This document shows, piece after piece, positions 41,956 through 56,579 of a DNA stretch of 64,000 nt. Made by a program: the position numbers and the translations under genes. This DNA is from Vicinamibacteria bacterium (GTDB taxonomy: Bacteria > Acidobacteriota > Vicinamibacteria > Marinacidobacterales > Marinacidobacteraceae): assembly GCA_963422395.1 (NCBI GenBank), contig OY729431.1:2528001-2592000 (forward strand). The letters are read 5' to 3'. How positions within the stretch are numbered: the first letter of the stretch is position 1; each line of letters opens with the position of its first letter. The notes under the pieces were generated by a model that was given only the letters and a program-made list of their open reading frames with translations, ran no database searches and was not told where the DNA came from.

Positions 41956-42340
41956 AGACCCACTCCACCTTGTCCGCGTATCTTTTCCGCTCCCGACGGG
42001 GAGCACTCGGAAAGGCGCCCGCGGTCCGCAGCCGGCAACACGGCTCCCCGCTGGCGGGGAGCTCGTCGAAGATCGGCAGAGCCCGTTGAAGACCGCCTCC
42101 GCGGCTCTTTGCCGGCGAGCCCGCTCCAAGCGGAACCCGTTCCCCTGCGGAGTCTTCAGGCCGACGCCGTTTCTGTCGAAAACCGGTCCCTGGCACCGCC
42201 GCCCGATTGAACGTGCGGTCGAATCTGCTCTGAGCCTGCCGGACCGAATACCGAAACCGCGCGCCGGACGCCTGCCGGACCCCGTGTCAGACGCCCTGCT
42301 CTGACCGCTGACCCGACTGTTCGAGGATGACCGTTCGAGT

Positions 42341-44080
42341 ATGACCATAGAACACGCAGAAACACCCGGATTCGACATCGACCGACTGCGCGACTTCGGA
42401 GTCGAGGCGCAGACCGACGAGGTCAAGGCCCTGGTATCGCTCGGCAAGGAGCGGGGCTATCTGCTTGCCGAAGAGATCCAGGAAGCCTGGGACGACGAGC
42501 CACCCGAGGAGTTCTTCGAAACCCTTTCGGAGTGGGGAATCCAGATCTACGACTCCGAAGCGGACTACGAAAAAGCCAAAGACGCGCAGGGCGCCGCTCT
42601 CGATCTGACTCCGAGCGCCACGGAGCGTACGAACGATCCAGTGCGGATGTACCTCCGCGAAATGGGGGTCGTGCCGCTGCTCGACCGCGAAGGAGAGGTG
42701 CGCATCTCGAAACGCATCGAGCGCGGCAAGAACCGCTCCAAGCGGGCCATCACCCGGCGGCTCTACATCATCGACAAGCTGCTATTCGATTTCCGGCCGC
42801 AGATCGAAAAGGACACGATGCAGCTGCGGGAGCACTTCGAAGTCGCCGAGGGCGGAACGACGATCCGCCACGACCAGCACCGCAAACGCATTCTCGCCGT
42901 CCTGCTAGACCTCGAATCCCAATACAAGCTGTACCGTCGGCGGGTCTCCCTGCTGCGCCAGGTCCCCCGGCGCACGCGGGCGTACCGCCGCCGCGCGCAT
43001 GCGGCGGCGCGGACCCGCATCCGGATGAGTCATGTCATCTGGAACATGCGGCCGACCGACGGACTGCTCAGCCGCTGGATGGACGAGCTGAAGGAACTGA
43101 CCGAGCAGGCGCGCTTCGCGACCCGCGAACTCGACGCCTGCGTCGCGCTGCGAAAGCAGATCGATACCGCCGAGGACAAGACCGCGCTGCGTCGGGAAGT
43201 TCTGCGCCGGCAGCGGGCGGCGCAGCAGACGCTCGACCGCGCGGGCCATGTCATGCCCGAATTCGGCGGCCCGAAGAAGATGAAGCGAGCCTTCCGCGAG
43301 GTCCTGCCCGAGCTCGAAGCGGCGGTGCATGACATAGACCTCGGCGAAGAGCGGGCCCAGCTCGCCAAGTCGGATCTGGTGCAAGCGAACCTCCGACTCG
43401 TGGTCTCGATCGCCAAGAAGTACACGAACCGCGGCCTGCAGTTCCTGGATCTCATCCAGGAGGGCAACATCGGCCTCATGAAGGCGGTGGACAAGTTCGA
43501 GTACCGCCGCGGCTACAAGTTCTCGACCTATGCCACTTGGTGGATCCGCCAGGCGATCACCCGGGCGATCGCCGACCAGGCGCGGACGATCCGGATCCCC
43601 GTCCACATGCACGAGACGATCAACAAACTGCATCGCACCCACCGCAGCCTGGTGCAGGAGCTCGGACGCGAACCCCTGCACGACGAGATCGCCGAACGGA
43701 TGGGGATGCCTTCCTACAAGGTTCGAAAGGTGATGAAGATCGCTCAGGAGCCGATCTCGCTCGAAACGCCGATCGGTGAGGACGACGACGGTCATCTCGG
43801 CGACTTCATCAAGGACCCGAACGCCGTATCCCCGCAGGAAACGGTGATCGCGAAGTGCCGTCAGGAAGCCATCGAGGCAGTGCTGAAGTCGCTCACCCCG
43901 CGCGAGGAAGCGGTGATCGAGAGCCGCTTCGGCCTCAGCGGCAGCCAGGAAAAGACGCTCGAAGAAGTGGGCAAGCAGTTCGATGTGACCCGGGAGCGCA
44001 TCCGGCAGATCGAAACCAAATCCATCCGCAAGTTGCGGCATCCCGCCCGCACCCGGAAACTGCGGCAGTTCTCCGAATGA
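42341..44080 (+). CDS. rpoD: RNA polymerase primary sigma factor
   Basis: [63 protein letters not shown]. Confidence 0.98.
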   Translation: MTIEHAETPGFDIDRLRDFGVEAQTDEVKALVSLGKERGYLLAEEIQEAWDDEPPEEFFETLSEWGIQIYDSEADYEKAKDAQGAALDLTPSATERTNDPVRMYLREMGVVPLLDREGEVRISKRIERGKNRSKRAITRRLYIIDKLLFDFRPQIEKDTMQLREHFEVAEGGTTIRHDQHRKRILAVLLDLESQYKLYRRRVSLLRQVPRRTRAYRRRAHAAARTRIRMSHVIWNMRPTDGLLSRWMDELKELTEQARFATRELDACVALRKQIDTAEDKTALRREVLRRQRAAQQTLDRAGHVMPEFGGPKKMKRAFREVLPELEAAVHDIDLGEERAQLAKSDLVQANLRLVVSIAKKYTNRGLQFLDLIQEGNIGLMKAVDKFEYRRGYKFSTYATWWIRQAITRAIADQARTIRIPVHMHETINKLHRTHRSLVQELGREPLHDEIAERMGMPSYKVRKVMKIAQEPISLETPIGEDDDGHLGDFIKDPNAVSPQETVIAKCRQEAIEAVLKSLTPREEAVIESRFGLSGSQEKTLEEVGKQFDVTRERIRQIETKSIRKLRHPARTRKLRQFSE

Positions 44081-44103
44081 GCGGGCCGTGCGCGGCGGCG
44101 GCC

Positions 44104-44176
44104 GGGCCCATAGCTCAGTGGTCAGAGCGGCCGGCTCATAACCGGTTGGTCCCAGGTTCGAGTCCTGGTGGGCCCA
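44104..44176 (+). tRNA. tRNA with CAT anticodon, most likely tRNA-Ile2 (lysidine); 3' CCA not encoded
   Basis: GGGCCCA/TGGGCCC acceptor stem, TAGCTCAGTGG D arm, CTCATAA loop, GGTTCGAGTCC T arm; position after rpoD is typical of Ile2. Confidence 0.9.
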
Positions 44177-44260
44177 CCCGGATTCGCTCCCTCCGAAACG
44201 AGGAATGCGGCCGCTCCCGCCGCCGCCGCGCTGCCGCAGCCGGAGCCAGGGGCTGAGGCC

Positions 44261-44986
44261 ATGCTCCCCGAGCTGCAAACGCTCCGGGGGATACAGAGCC
44301 TCGACATGCAGATCGCCGGGTGTGACCAGGCACTCTCCCGGGTCCCCGCAGAGATCGCGGAGATCGACCGCGAGATCGAGGCGGTGCGCGCGCGCTGGAC
44401 CGCCGCCGAGGACGCGCGGGCCGAAGCCAGCGCGAATCGAAGGCGCGCAGAAGGAGAGCTCGAAGACGCCGAAGCCGCGGTCTCCAAGTACAGCGATCAG
44501 CTGCTCGGAGCGCGCAGCAATGTCGAATACAGCGGGCTGCAGCAGCAGATCGCCTCCACGAAGAAGAGGATCGGAGACCTCGAAGAGCAGATCCTCGGCC
44601 TTCTGGACGACGGAGACCGGCTCGAAGAACGGGCGGCAGCGCAGAAACGCGAGTTCGAACAGAGCCGCGCCGCACTCGAGACGCGAAAGGACGGCGTTCG
44701 GACCGAAGCCCGGGAGCAGGAGCGAAGGCGGAAGACGCTCCGAAGCGACCGCGAGGCCCGGAGTTCCGGTCTTTCTCCGGAACTCTCCGCCCGCTACGAG
44801 CGGATTCGGCAGGCGCGGCACGGTCTGGCGATAGCTCGCGCCCAGGGCGAGCGCTGCGGCGCCTGCAATGTGCGGCTCCGACCCCAGCTGTTCGAGGAAG
44901 TCCGGACCGGGGAAGCGATCCTCAACTGCGAATCCTGCAGCCGCATCCTGTTCTTCGAGCCGGAACCCGCCGCTTCCCCCGCATGA
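44261..44986 (+). CDS. Coiled-coil C4 zinc-ribbon protein (DUF164/CT398-like)
   Basis: LQTLRGIQSLD, long coiled coil, CGACNV...CESCSRIL. Confidence 0.9.
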   Translation: MLPELQTLRGIQSLDMQIAGCDQALSRVPAEIAEIDREIEAVRARWTAAEDARAEASANRRRAEGELEDAEAAVSKYSDQLLGARSNVEYSGLQQQIASTKKRIGDLEEQILGLLDDGDRLEERAAAQKREFEQSRAALETRKDGVRTEAREQERRRKTLRSDREARSSGLSPELSARYERIRQARHGLAIARAQGERCGACNVRLRPQLFEEVRTGEAILNCESCSRILFFEPEPAASPA

Positions 44987-46671
44987 GCCGGTTCCTCGCG
45001 GAGCGGGCGGCGAGGCGGCTCGCCGGTGAAGTGCGGCTCGACCCGGAGGGTGCGACCCCGAAAACCCCGGCGGGAGGTCGCGGCAGGGCAGGGCTTCGAG
45101 TCGCGGTGGGCTACCCGAACCGCTACGCGCTCGGGATGTCCAATGTGGGTTTCCAGGCGGTGCACCGCTTCTTCGATCTCCTGCCCGACGCGGTGAGCGA
45201 GCGGTTCTTCCTGCCCGACCGGATGGAGTACGCCGAGTACCGCCGCACCGGATTGCCACTCCGAACGCTCGAGAGCGGGCGCCCGGTGCGCAGCTTCGAG
45301 GTGGTGGCGTTCTCGATCACCTTCGAGCCCGACGCGGTACGGCTCGTCGAGATGCTGGAGCTCGCCGGGATCCCTCCGCTCGCGGAAGACCGCAGCGCGG
45401 GCGATCCGCTGGTGCTCGTCGGCGGGCCGGTAGCCTTCCTGAACCCCGAACCGATCGCCCCCTTCGTGGACGCTTTCGGGGTGGGCGAAGCGGAAGCGCT
45501 GCTCCCCGCGCTCCTCGAACGCCTGCGGGCGGAAACGCGGGCAGAACGGCTCGCCGGACTCGCGGAAGAAGCCGGGTTCTATGTGCCGGCGAACCACGCC
45601 GTGGAGTACCGCCCCGACGGACGGATCCGGCGGCGGACGGTGCGCGGCGCGCCCCGGGTGGTGCGGGCGCGGATGGGCAAGGACTCGCGGTTTCCACCGC
45701 CGGCCACCTTCCTGTTGACCCGCGACACCGAGATGTCGGGGAAGTTCCTCGTCGAAGTGTCCCGCGGCTGTCCGACGCTCTGCCGGTTCTGCTGGGCCGG
45801 CTACAACTACCTGCCCAAGCGGTCCTTCGAGGTGGAGCGGCTCTTGGCGCTGGCCCGCGCCGCGCGCCGGCACACCGACCGCATCGGGCTCGTCTCCACC
45901 GCAGTGGGGGCGCACCGCGAGATCGTGCCGCTCGTCACCCAGCTGCGCGACGACGGCTATCGAGTGAGCGTCTCTTCGATCCGGTTCGAGGATGTACGGG
46001 ACGAGTTCGCCCGCCCGCTCGCCGAGAGCGGGGAGCGAACCGTCGCCATCGCCCCCGAAACGGGCACCGACCGGCTGCGGCTCTCGATCCACAAACGGGT
46101 CCGGAACGACGAGATCCTGGACAAGGTCGGGGTCCTGCTGGACGCGGGCGTCGAGAACCTGAAGCTGTATCTGATGGTGGGCCTCCCCGGAGAGACCGAG
46201 GAGGATGTGGCGGGCATCGCGCAGCTCACCCGGAGGATCCGGGACCATGTGCGCGCCCGCCGCCGCCGCGGCCGGACGATCGCCAGCGTCAACCCGTTCC
46301 TCCCGAAACCCGGAACCCCCTTCCAGTGGCGTCCGATGGCGCCGCTGCCCCTGCTCACCGCCCGGATGCGCTTCTTGCAGCGCGAGCTCGGCGCCCTCTC
46401 AGGGGTTGAGGCTCACTGCAAGTCGCCCCGGATGGAACGGCTCCAAGCGCTCCTCTCCGCCGGCGACCGGCGCCTGGCCCCGGTCCTCCTCGACCTCGCC
46501 GCCGGGCGCGGCCTCCACCGCAGCCTGAAGGCCGCCGGGCTATCGCTCGACTTCTACCTCTACCGGCAGCGGGGCCTCGACGAGGAACTCCCCTGGAGCT
46601 TCCTCGAAACCGGCATGAAGGACAGCCTGCTCAAGGACCAGCTCGAAAAGGCCGACCGCCTCCTCGCCTGA
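44983..46671 (+). CDS. Radical SAM protein (B12-binding-like N-terminus)
   Basis: YPNRYALGMSNVG, EVSRGCPTLCRFC, LKLYLMVGLPGET, PKPGTPFQW. Confidence 0.92.
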   Translation: MSRFLAERAARRLAGEVRLDPEGATPKTPAGGRGRAGLRVAVGYPNRYALGMSNVGFQAVHRFFDLLPDAVSERFFLPDRMEYAEYRRTGLPLRTLESGRPVRSFEVVAFSITFEPDAVRLVEMLELAGIPPLAEDRSAGDPLVLVGGPVAFLNPEPIAPFVDAFGVGEAEALLPALLERLRAETRAERLAGLAEEAGFYVPANHAVEYRPDGRIRRRTVRGAPRVVRARMGKDSRFPPPATFLLTRDTEMSGKFLVEVSRGCPTLCRFCWAGYNYLPKRSFEVERLLALARAARRHTDRIGLVSTAVGAHREIVPLVTQLRDDGYRVSVSSIRFEDVRDEFARPLAESGERTVAIAPETGTDRLRLSIHKRVRNDEILDKVGVLLDAGVENLKLYLMVGLPGETEEDVAGIAQLTRRIRDHVRARRRRGRTIASVNPFLPKPGTPFQWRPMAPLPLLTARMRFLQRELGALSGVEAHCKSPRMERLQALLSAGDRRLAPVLLDLAAGRGLHRSLKAAGLSLDFYLYRQRGLDEELPWSFLETGMKDSLLKDQLEKADRLLA

Positions 46672-47130
46672 CTACGCGAAGCGACTGACGGGGCGAAGCG
46701 CCCCAGCCCCCTTCAGGCCGAATCGGGCAGATCCACCTCTTCGTCCCCGCACCGGATGAGGTCGTGAGCGCCCGACGGCACCCGAGCCGAAGGAGGGAAT
46801 CGCCCGCCCCCGGAGCGCCGCTTCCCATCTCGGCAACATCATCGTCGTCCGACGATCTCCAGCCCCGCCGGCGGGGCAGCATCGGGAGCAGCGAGCGCAT
46901 CGAGCCGCTCGACGAGGCGCCAGACTTCCGTCGCCGAGCGGCTCCCGGTTTCGGCGGCGGGCCGCTTCGCACGGAGCGCGGCCTGCTTACGCCGGCACAG
47001 CTCGCAACAGTCCTGCCAGCTCGAGGCAAAATTTCGACCCTTTGGCCCCCTTCGATTACCAAGCTTTCGATCTCGGCGGCGAGGTCCGCGATCCAGGACC
47101 GTTCGTCTTCGAACAGCAAATGTTCGGGGT

Positions 47131-50100
47131 TCAGCAGCTCTCGGGCTTCGGGGGGAGGACCTCCATCCAGCAGACGACTCCGACATCGGCCTCGCTGATC
47201 GGTTCGAGGGGCGCCGGCGGGTCAGTCGCATCCGACGACGAGTCCCGCAGCGGGCGGAGGCCCTCGCCGCGGACCAGGGCGACGATCGCAGACGCTGCCT
47301 CGGAGGGAGCGATCTCCTCGCTCGTGCGGCGGCGGCGGATCTCGCCCAGCTCCCGGCGCACGATGCTTCCCCGTCCCACCGCGAGCGCCTCGGCGGCGGC
47401 CGGCCCCCCCGGGCCCAGCGGGATGTCCGGGTCGCGGAGGAGCCCGAGCGCCCACGACTGGTTCGGACCGAGCGACTCGGGTTCGCCCGCGGCGTCGGCC
47501 TCGGCCCGCCGGTTGTGTTCTTCGACGATGGAGCGGACGGCGACGCGCCAAGCGGCCTCGAGGTCTCCTGCCGGCGCGGATAGCCCGGGAGCGTCCCCCG
47601 GCTGGATCCGTCGCAGGATGGCGGCGTCGGGCTCGGGGCCGGTTTCGCCGTTTCGCTTCACGAAGCGCCAGTAGCGTTCGCTGGGGGAGCCGTCCCTTTT
47701 CCGGGTCCGGCAGGCGAAGAAGACTCCCGGCTCGCCCGACGCGGGCACGCCGGAGCCTTGCCGAAAGACCGCGCCGGTTCCCCAGCGCATAGCCCGGAGA
47801 TCGGCCGCCCCCTCCTCGTGGATCCAGCGCGCGAGCGCAGCGCGCAGCCCCTCGCCGCTGAACGCCTGTCCGGCTTCCACCACCCGCGTCTCGTCGAGCA
47901 AGGTGGAGTCGCCGCCGGCGAGCCGGTCGGCGAAAGCCCGTACCGCCGAGAGTTCTCCCTCCATCACCTCGACCTCCATCCCGTACACCCCGGCCGAGGC
48001 GATCTTGCGGCGGATGGTCGTTTCCAGCCGGAGGATCGCGTCGAGGCTGCCGGATTCGGGAAGCATGGTGGTCAGATACACTCGCCGGTGCTCGCTCATC
48101 AGCCGGATGACCCGTCCGAAGCGCTGGACCACCCGCTGCGGGTTCCAGGGCATGTCGTAGCTGATGACCGCCGCCGCCTGCTGCAGGTTCTGCCCCTCGG
48201 AGAGGACATCGTTGGTGAGCAGCAGGTCCACTTCTCCCTCTTCCGGAACATGGTCGGGAGCGATGACCGTCTTCGGGCAGAAACGGCCCAGGAGTCGCGT
48301 CCGCTGGTCGGGATCGGTCTCCGCGCCGATCACGGTGACCCGCCGGCACCCGGCGATCTCCTCCGGCAGCTGTTCGTCGAGATAGCGGATGGTGTCGGCG
48401 AAGGCGGAGAAGACGACGATCTTCTGCGACCGGGACTCCTCCCGGGACTTCTCGACGAGACGCGCCAGCAGTCCCATCTTGGGATCGTCGGCGGGGCTCG
48501 GCTGCGACAGCCGGCCGAAAATGCCGCGGAGCGTGTCGCGGTCCCGGCGAACATCCCGTTCGTAGGCCGGGTCGAACTCTCCGACCGGGGTCCGCTGATC
48601 CTCGGGAAGCGCTTCGAGGACCGACTCCGCGAGTCCCGCTCCCTCGATCTCCTTCGCCGCCGCCTCCGAGAGCGCCTCGCCGCCCGGTACATATCCTTCT
48701 TCCCAGGCGGCGAGGAAGACTTCGTGCGCGGTCAGGATCCGCTCCACGGTGAGCCGGCAGGCTGCGAAGCACGACTCGAAACGTTTGAGGATTCCCGAGC
48801 GCAGCAGGCCGGCGAGCGCCGCTTCATTCGCCGACTCCCCGCCGACGAGCCGGTAGGCACTCGGGCGGTAGCGGGCCATGGTCAGTTGCTCGATCGCGCC
48901 CGTGATGGCCGCGACCAGGCCGGGATAGGCCGCGTCGAGGTCGTAGCGCTCGGTTGCGAGTTCCGGCTTCGGGAAGCGGACCGGCGTCCCGTCGGGGAAA
49001 ACCGCGCCCGGGTAGTGCTCTTCGATGAAACGCCGGTCGCGGCGAACGCTCACCAGGTCGGCGAGCGGGAACAGGATGTCCGGGTCCAGGCTCTCGGGAT
49101 CACGCGCGTTCGCGCCGGCATCCAGGAAGAGCCGGCGCAGCGAACGGATGCGGTGCCCGGCGAAAGCGCGGTCGTGGCGGGCGAAGGCCATCACCTGGTG
49201 GTAGAGATCCCAGAGGCCGTTGTTGATCGGGGTGGCGGTCAGCAGCACCAGGTCCTTCGGCTCGCCCCCCAAGAGCCGCGACAGCGCCCGATACCAGCTG
49301 GTGCCCGGATTGCGGAAGGCGTGGCCTTCGTCAGCCACCACCAACCGGTAGGCCTCCTTGTCGTTGTGGAGGTGCTGGCCGCGGTGCGCGGTATCCGCCG
49401 GCGACAGCTGCCGGTCGGTGGCGAGGCTTCGATAGCTCACCACCTGGGCCGGCAGGCCTGCCCGGTCGATCCGCTCCTGCCAGTAGCGAACGAGCTGGGC
49501 CGGGGCGATGACCAGCGCCTGCTGCCCGCGATGGAGCGCGTATTCCTCGATGAAGGCGAGGCCGATCTCGGTCTTGCCGCTGCCCACTCCGTCGGCGTAG
49601 ATCACGCCGTGGTGCTTCCGAACGATGCGGAGCGCCCGTTGGTATCCCTCTCGCTGGAAGTCGGCGAGCGTCACCCTCGGAGGCAGCCCCTCTTCCCCTT
49701 CTCCTCCGGAAGCGGCAGCGAACCTGGGGTCTTCGCCGAAGAGCTCGAGGAGCGCCCGCAGGAACACCCGCTCGGGATCGGCGAGCTCGAGAGCGGTGGA
49801 GAACAGGCGGTCGGCGAGTTCGGCCTCGAAATCGGACGCGCCCTCCCACAGCGCCTCGAACCAGCGAAGCGCCGCCTCGCTGGCGCGCGGCTGGTAGTTC
49901 ACCAGGCCGAGCTCGAGGTTTCGGGAGAGGCCGGCGGCGGTCAGGTTCGCCGAGGTGACGAGCGCGGCGCGGGCGTCGGACTCGCTCCCGAACAGGTACG
50001 CCTTCCCGTGGAGGAAACGCTCCCGATAGCGGCGGACTTCGACCTCGGGCCGGGCGAGCCAGCGCTCGACCGCTTCGAGCTCTCGGGCGGCGCGGCTGGG

Positions 50101-50415
50101 CGGGAAGGCGGCGAAGTTCCGGTCGCCGGATAGCCCGGCGAGCATCGCCTCGAAGGCGTCGTTCCCGGCAGGATCGAAGCTGCCGGAGTCGAGGCTGCCG
50201 GCGGCGGTGGGTGGAGGCGCGGCGCCGAGCAGCAGCCGAACCGCCCGCCCGCCGCTGCTCACCGATGCGAGGCAGTGGAGGCCGGCGAGGTTCAGATAGC
50301 CGGTGGCGACCGAGAGCCGGTGTTCCGCCGAAAGGTCGGCGGCCAGGGCAGCGAGGGCAGCAGCGTGGGTGGCTGCCTCGCTCCGGTTGTCGAGGAGCTC
50401 CGGGCGGGCTGCCAT
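47131..50415 (-). CDS. SNF2-like helicase with N-terminal PLD-type nuclease domain
   Basis: ATGYL, HGKAY...TSANLT (PLD), ADGVGSGKT, DEGH, LTATP, LSEGQNLQ, QRFGRV. Confidence 0.92.
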   Translation of the reverse strand: MAARPELLDNRSEAATHAAALAALAADLSAEHRLSVATGYLNLAGLHCLASVSSGGRAVRLLLGAAPPPTAAGSLDSGSFDPAGNDAFEAMLAGLSGDRNFAAFPPSRAARELEAVERWLARPEVEVRRYRERFLHGKAYLFGSESDARAALVTSANLTAAGLSRNLELGLVNYQPRASEAALRWFEALWEGASDFEAELADRLFSTALELADPERVFLRALLELFGEDPRFAAASGGEGEEGLPPRVTLADFQREGYQRALRIVRKHHGVIYADGVGSGKTEIGLAFIEEYALHRGQQALVIAPAQLVRYWQERIDRAGLPAQVVSYRSLATDRQLSPADTAHRGQHLHNDKEAYRLVVADEGHAFRNPGTSWYRALSRLLGGEPKDLVLLTATPINNGLWDLYHQVMAFARHDRAFAGHRIRSLRRLFLDAGANARDPESLDPDILFPLADLVSVRRDRRFIEEHYPGAVFPDGTPVRFPKPELATERYDLDAAYPGLVAAITGAIEQLTMARYRPSAYRLVGGESANEAALAGLLRSGILKRFESCFAACRLTVERILTAHEVFLAAWEEGYVPGGEALSEAAAKEIEGAGLAESVLEALPEDQRTPVGEFDPAYERDVRRDRDTLRGIFGRLSQPSPADDPKMGLLARLVEKSREESRSQKIVVFSAFADTIRYLDEQLPEEIAGCRRVTVIGAETDPDQRTRLLGRFCPKTVIAPDHVPEEGEVDLLLTNDVLSEGQNLQQAAAVISYDMPWNPQRVVQRFGRVIRLMSEHRRVYLTTMLPESGSLDAILRLETTIRRKIASAGVYGMEVEVMEGELSAVRAFADRLAGGDSTLLDETRVVEAGQAFSGEGLRAALARWIHEEGAADLRAMRWGTGAVFRQGSGVPASGEPGVFFACRTRKRDGSPSERYWRFVKRNGETGPEPDAAILRRIQPGDAPGLSAPAGDLEAAWRVAVRSIVEEHNRRAEADAAGEPESLGPNQSWALGLLRDPDIPLGPGGPAAAEALAVGRGSIVRRELGEIRRRRTSEEIAPSEAASAIVALVRGEGLRPLRDSSSDATDPPAPLEPISEADVGVVCWMEVLPPKPESC

Positions 50416-50416
50416 C

Positions 50417-54563
<4,147 letters not shown>

Positions 54564-54622
54564 CCTAAGCGACCACCAGGTCAGAACCCGATACCCGGAC
54601 AGCGCCGCTCCGATTCGGGATT

Positions 54623-54690
54623 CAAGATAGTTCTATCTTTATACGGATATATCGATTTTCTTCTTTGTAATCCAAAATAGTTCTATCTTG
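54623..54690. promoter_or_regulatory. Two palindromic operator-like sites, consensus CAAGATAG-TT-CTATCTTG, in an AT-rich divergent promoter
   Basis: AAGATAGTTCTATCTT at 54624-54639 and AAAATAGTTCTATCTT at 54674-54689, 50 bp apart. Confidence 0.7.
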
Positions 54691-54697
54691 CCGCTCG

Positions 54698-55516
54698 ATG
54701 CCCGCAATCCTTCGCCTCGACGAACTCCCAGATCAGCTCTCGGAGGAGGAATTCCGAGATCTTTTCGGTTTCGTCGAGCACGAAACGCTCGATTTCAAGC
54801 GGGGGGTTCCGCCGACCCGGCGCGGTTCCTCCCGGGAGCCGGGTACAGCTCGTCCGCAGAACGGGGATCGGGCCGGGGCCTTCGACCGACCGGGAAGCCG
54901 CAATCGCCGGATCATGCGGGTGCTCAAGACGATGGGGCTCGTCGAGGAGTACGGAGAAGGGGTGGACCGGATGATCGAGGCCATGGAAGCCCGGCTGATG
55001 GAGCCGCCGCTCTTCGCCGCGACCTCGAGTTCAGTGACCGTCACCCTGCGAAACCGCTTCCGGGTCGGGGTGGAAGACCAGGTGTGGCTCTCCCTCCTGG
55101 GCCGGCAGGACCTGACAGTGGCCGAGCGCCGCATCTTGGCGACGGTCCACCGAGAGCAGAGTGTGACGCCGCGGCGGCTGCGCACCCTTCTTCCCGAGTA
55201 CGACCTGAAAAGCACTCTGCGCAGCGCCGTCGCCAAGGGCCTGCTGGTTCGGCTGGGCGAGCGGGGCGGCTCCCGCTACGAACTCTCGGACGAAATGGTC
55301 CTCCGGGCCGGCAGTCGGGGCATCGAGGCCCAGAGCCGGAGGCGCCAGCGACTGCTCGACGAGATGGACTCCCGAGGAAGTCTTTCGAGTGTGGAAGGCG
55401 CTGCACTCCTCGAAGAGAGCGTGCCGGAGGTGCGGCAGCTGCTGCAAGACCTCATGCGGGCCGGTCTGGTGCGCTCGACCGGCCGCACCCGCGGGACCCG
55501 CTACTTCCGGACCTGA
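54698..55516 (+). pseudogene. AlbA_2/Schlafen-HATPase_c_4-wHTH regulator-like protein with a large in-frame internal deletion
   Basis: EHETLDFKRG (start of AlbA_2) joins after about 30 aa to RNRRIMRVL...VEEYGEGVDRM (end of HATPase_c_4), followed by two wHTH units (GERGGSRY, GRTRGTRY). Confidence 0.7.
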
Positions 55517-56524
55517 ACGACGGCGGGTCGCGGGCCTGACCCTCCTTGCCGGTCCTCCGACCGCCGCGATCACGAAGGCCCAGTTGCGGCCGACCCCGGG
55601 GCCCTCGCGGCGGTAGGAGTGGAAGACGGGGCAGCAGCGGGTGCAGAGGCCGGCGCTCCAGACGGCGTCCGGCGAAAGCCCGGCCTCGATCAGCTGGAGG
55701 CGGTTTTCTAGAGGGAGGTCGAGGTGAAATCTGGTTTCGGGGCGGAGGCGGGTGCCGGGCCGCTCGGACCCGCGGATGATCCGGGCCGGGTCGCGTCCGG
55801 CGGCGGCGAAGGCGGCGGGCACTTCGGGTCCTACCTCGAAGCAGCAGGCGCCGATCGCGGGACCGAGGACCGCATGGAGACGCGCGGACGGGGCGCCGGC
55901 CGCGCGGGCGAGGGCGCGGGCGGCCTTGGCGGCGATTCCCGCGGCGGTGCCGCGCCAGCCGGCGTGGGCCCCTGCGACCGCGCCGGAGACGGGATCCGAG
56001 AGGAGCACCGGCACGCAGTCGGCAGCCTTGACCGCCACCCCGGCGCCGGGAGAGATCGCGATGAGCCCGTCGGCCTCCGGTGGGGCGGCGGCTAGGAAGG
56101 CGGAGCCGGGCAGCGGGTCGGGGGTCGGGGCAGCCGCCAACCGCACCCGGTCCCCGTGCACCTGCCGCATGGAAGCGAGCGAACGCGCGCCGGAGGCGCG
56201 GGCGAGGAAGCGGAGGTCCGCCGCTTCTCGTTCGCGCACACCTAGAAGAAGAGATTCGGCGGGCGGATCGGGCGATGATTCGGCCGACGATTCAGGAGGA
56301 CGCCAGCGCAAGCGGGCGGTGAAGCCGTGGGTCGCCGGGAAGGCGGCGGCCGCGAGTGCTTCGACTGCTTCCGCTTCGATCGCCTCGACGCCGGGCGCCG
56401 CGGCGGCCGCTACGGCAGCGGCCGGGGGAGCGCAGGACCCCGCCCCCGCCGGGGAGAACACCCGCCAGCGGAAACCGGCGGGCGGCACGGGAAAGCCGAG
56501 GCGCGAAGCGGGCGCAGAATCCAC
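55031..56524 (-). CDS. pgeF: PgeF/YfiH laccase-domain peptidoglycan editing factor; start uncertain and 3' end extended
   Basis: HGFT, QVHG, EADG, AADCVPVL, HAGWRG, GPAIGACCFEVG, CTRC, SYRR; directly after ftsZ. Confidence 0.85.
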   Translation of the reverse strand: MDSAPASRLGFPVPPAGFRWRVFSPAGAGSCAPPAAAVAAAAAPGVEAIEAEAVEALAAAAFPATHGFTARLRWRPPESSAESSPDPPAESLLLGVREREAADLRFLARASGARSLASMRQVHGDRVRLAAAPTPDPLPGSAFLAAAPPEADGLIAISPGAGVAVKAADCVPVLLSDPVSGAVAGAHAGWRGTAAGIAAKAARALARAAGAPSARLHAVLGPAIGACCFEVGPEVPAAFAAAGRDPARIIRGSERPGTRLRPETRFHLDLPLENRLQLIEAGLSPDAVWSAGLCTRCCPVFHSYRREGPGVGRNWAFVIAAVGGPARRVRPATRRRSGPEVAGPAGAAGRAHQTGPHEVLQQLPHLRHALFEECSAFHTRKTSSGVHLVEQSLAPPALGLDAPTAGPEDHFVREFVAGAAPLAQPNQQALGDGAAQSAFQVVLGKKGAQPPRRHTLLSVDRRQDAALGHCQVLPAQEGEPHLVFHPDPEAVSQGDGH

Positions 56525-56579
56525 CTTCGGTCGAGCGGCTGCGGAAGCGTCTCCCGGAGTCAGCCGCCGATCCGCCCGA

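Noticed and set aside
46672-47130. Possible third gene downstream of the PLD-helicase (46631-47119 or 46839-47231)
   Set aside because: No recognisable domain in any frame; could be a remnant but cannot be supported
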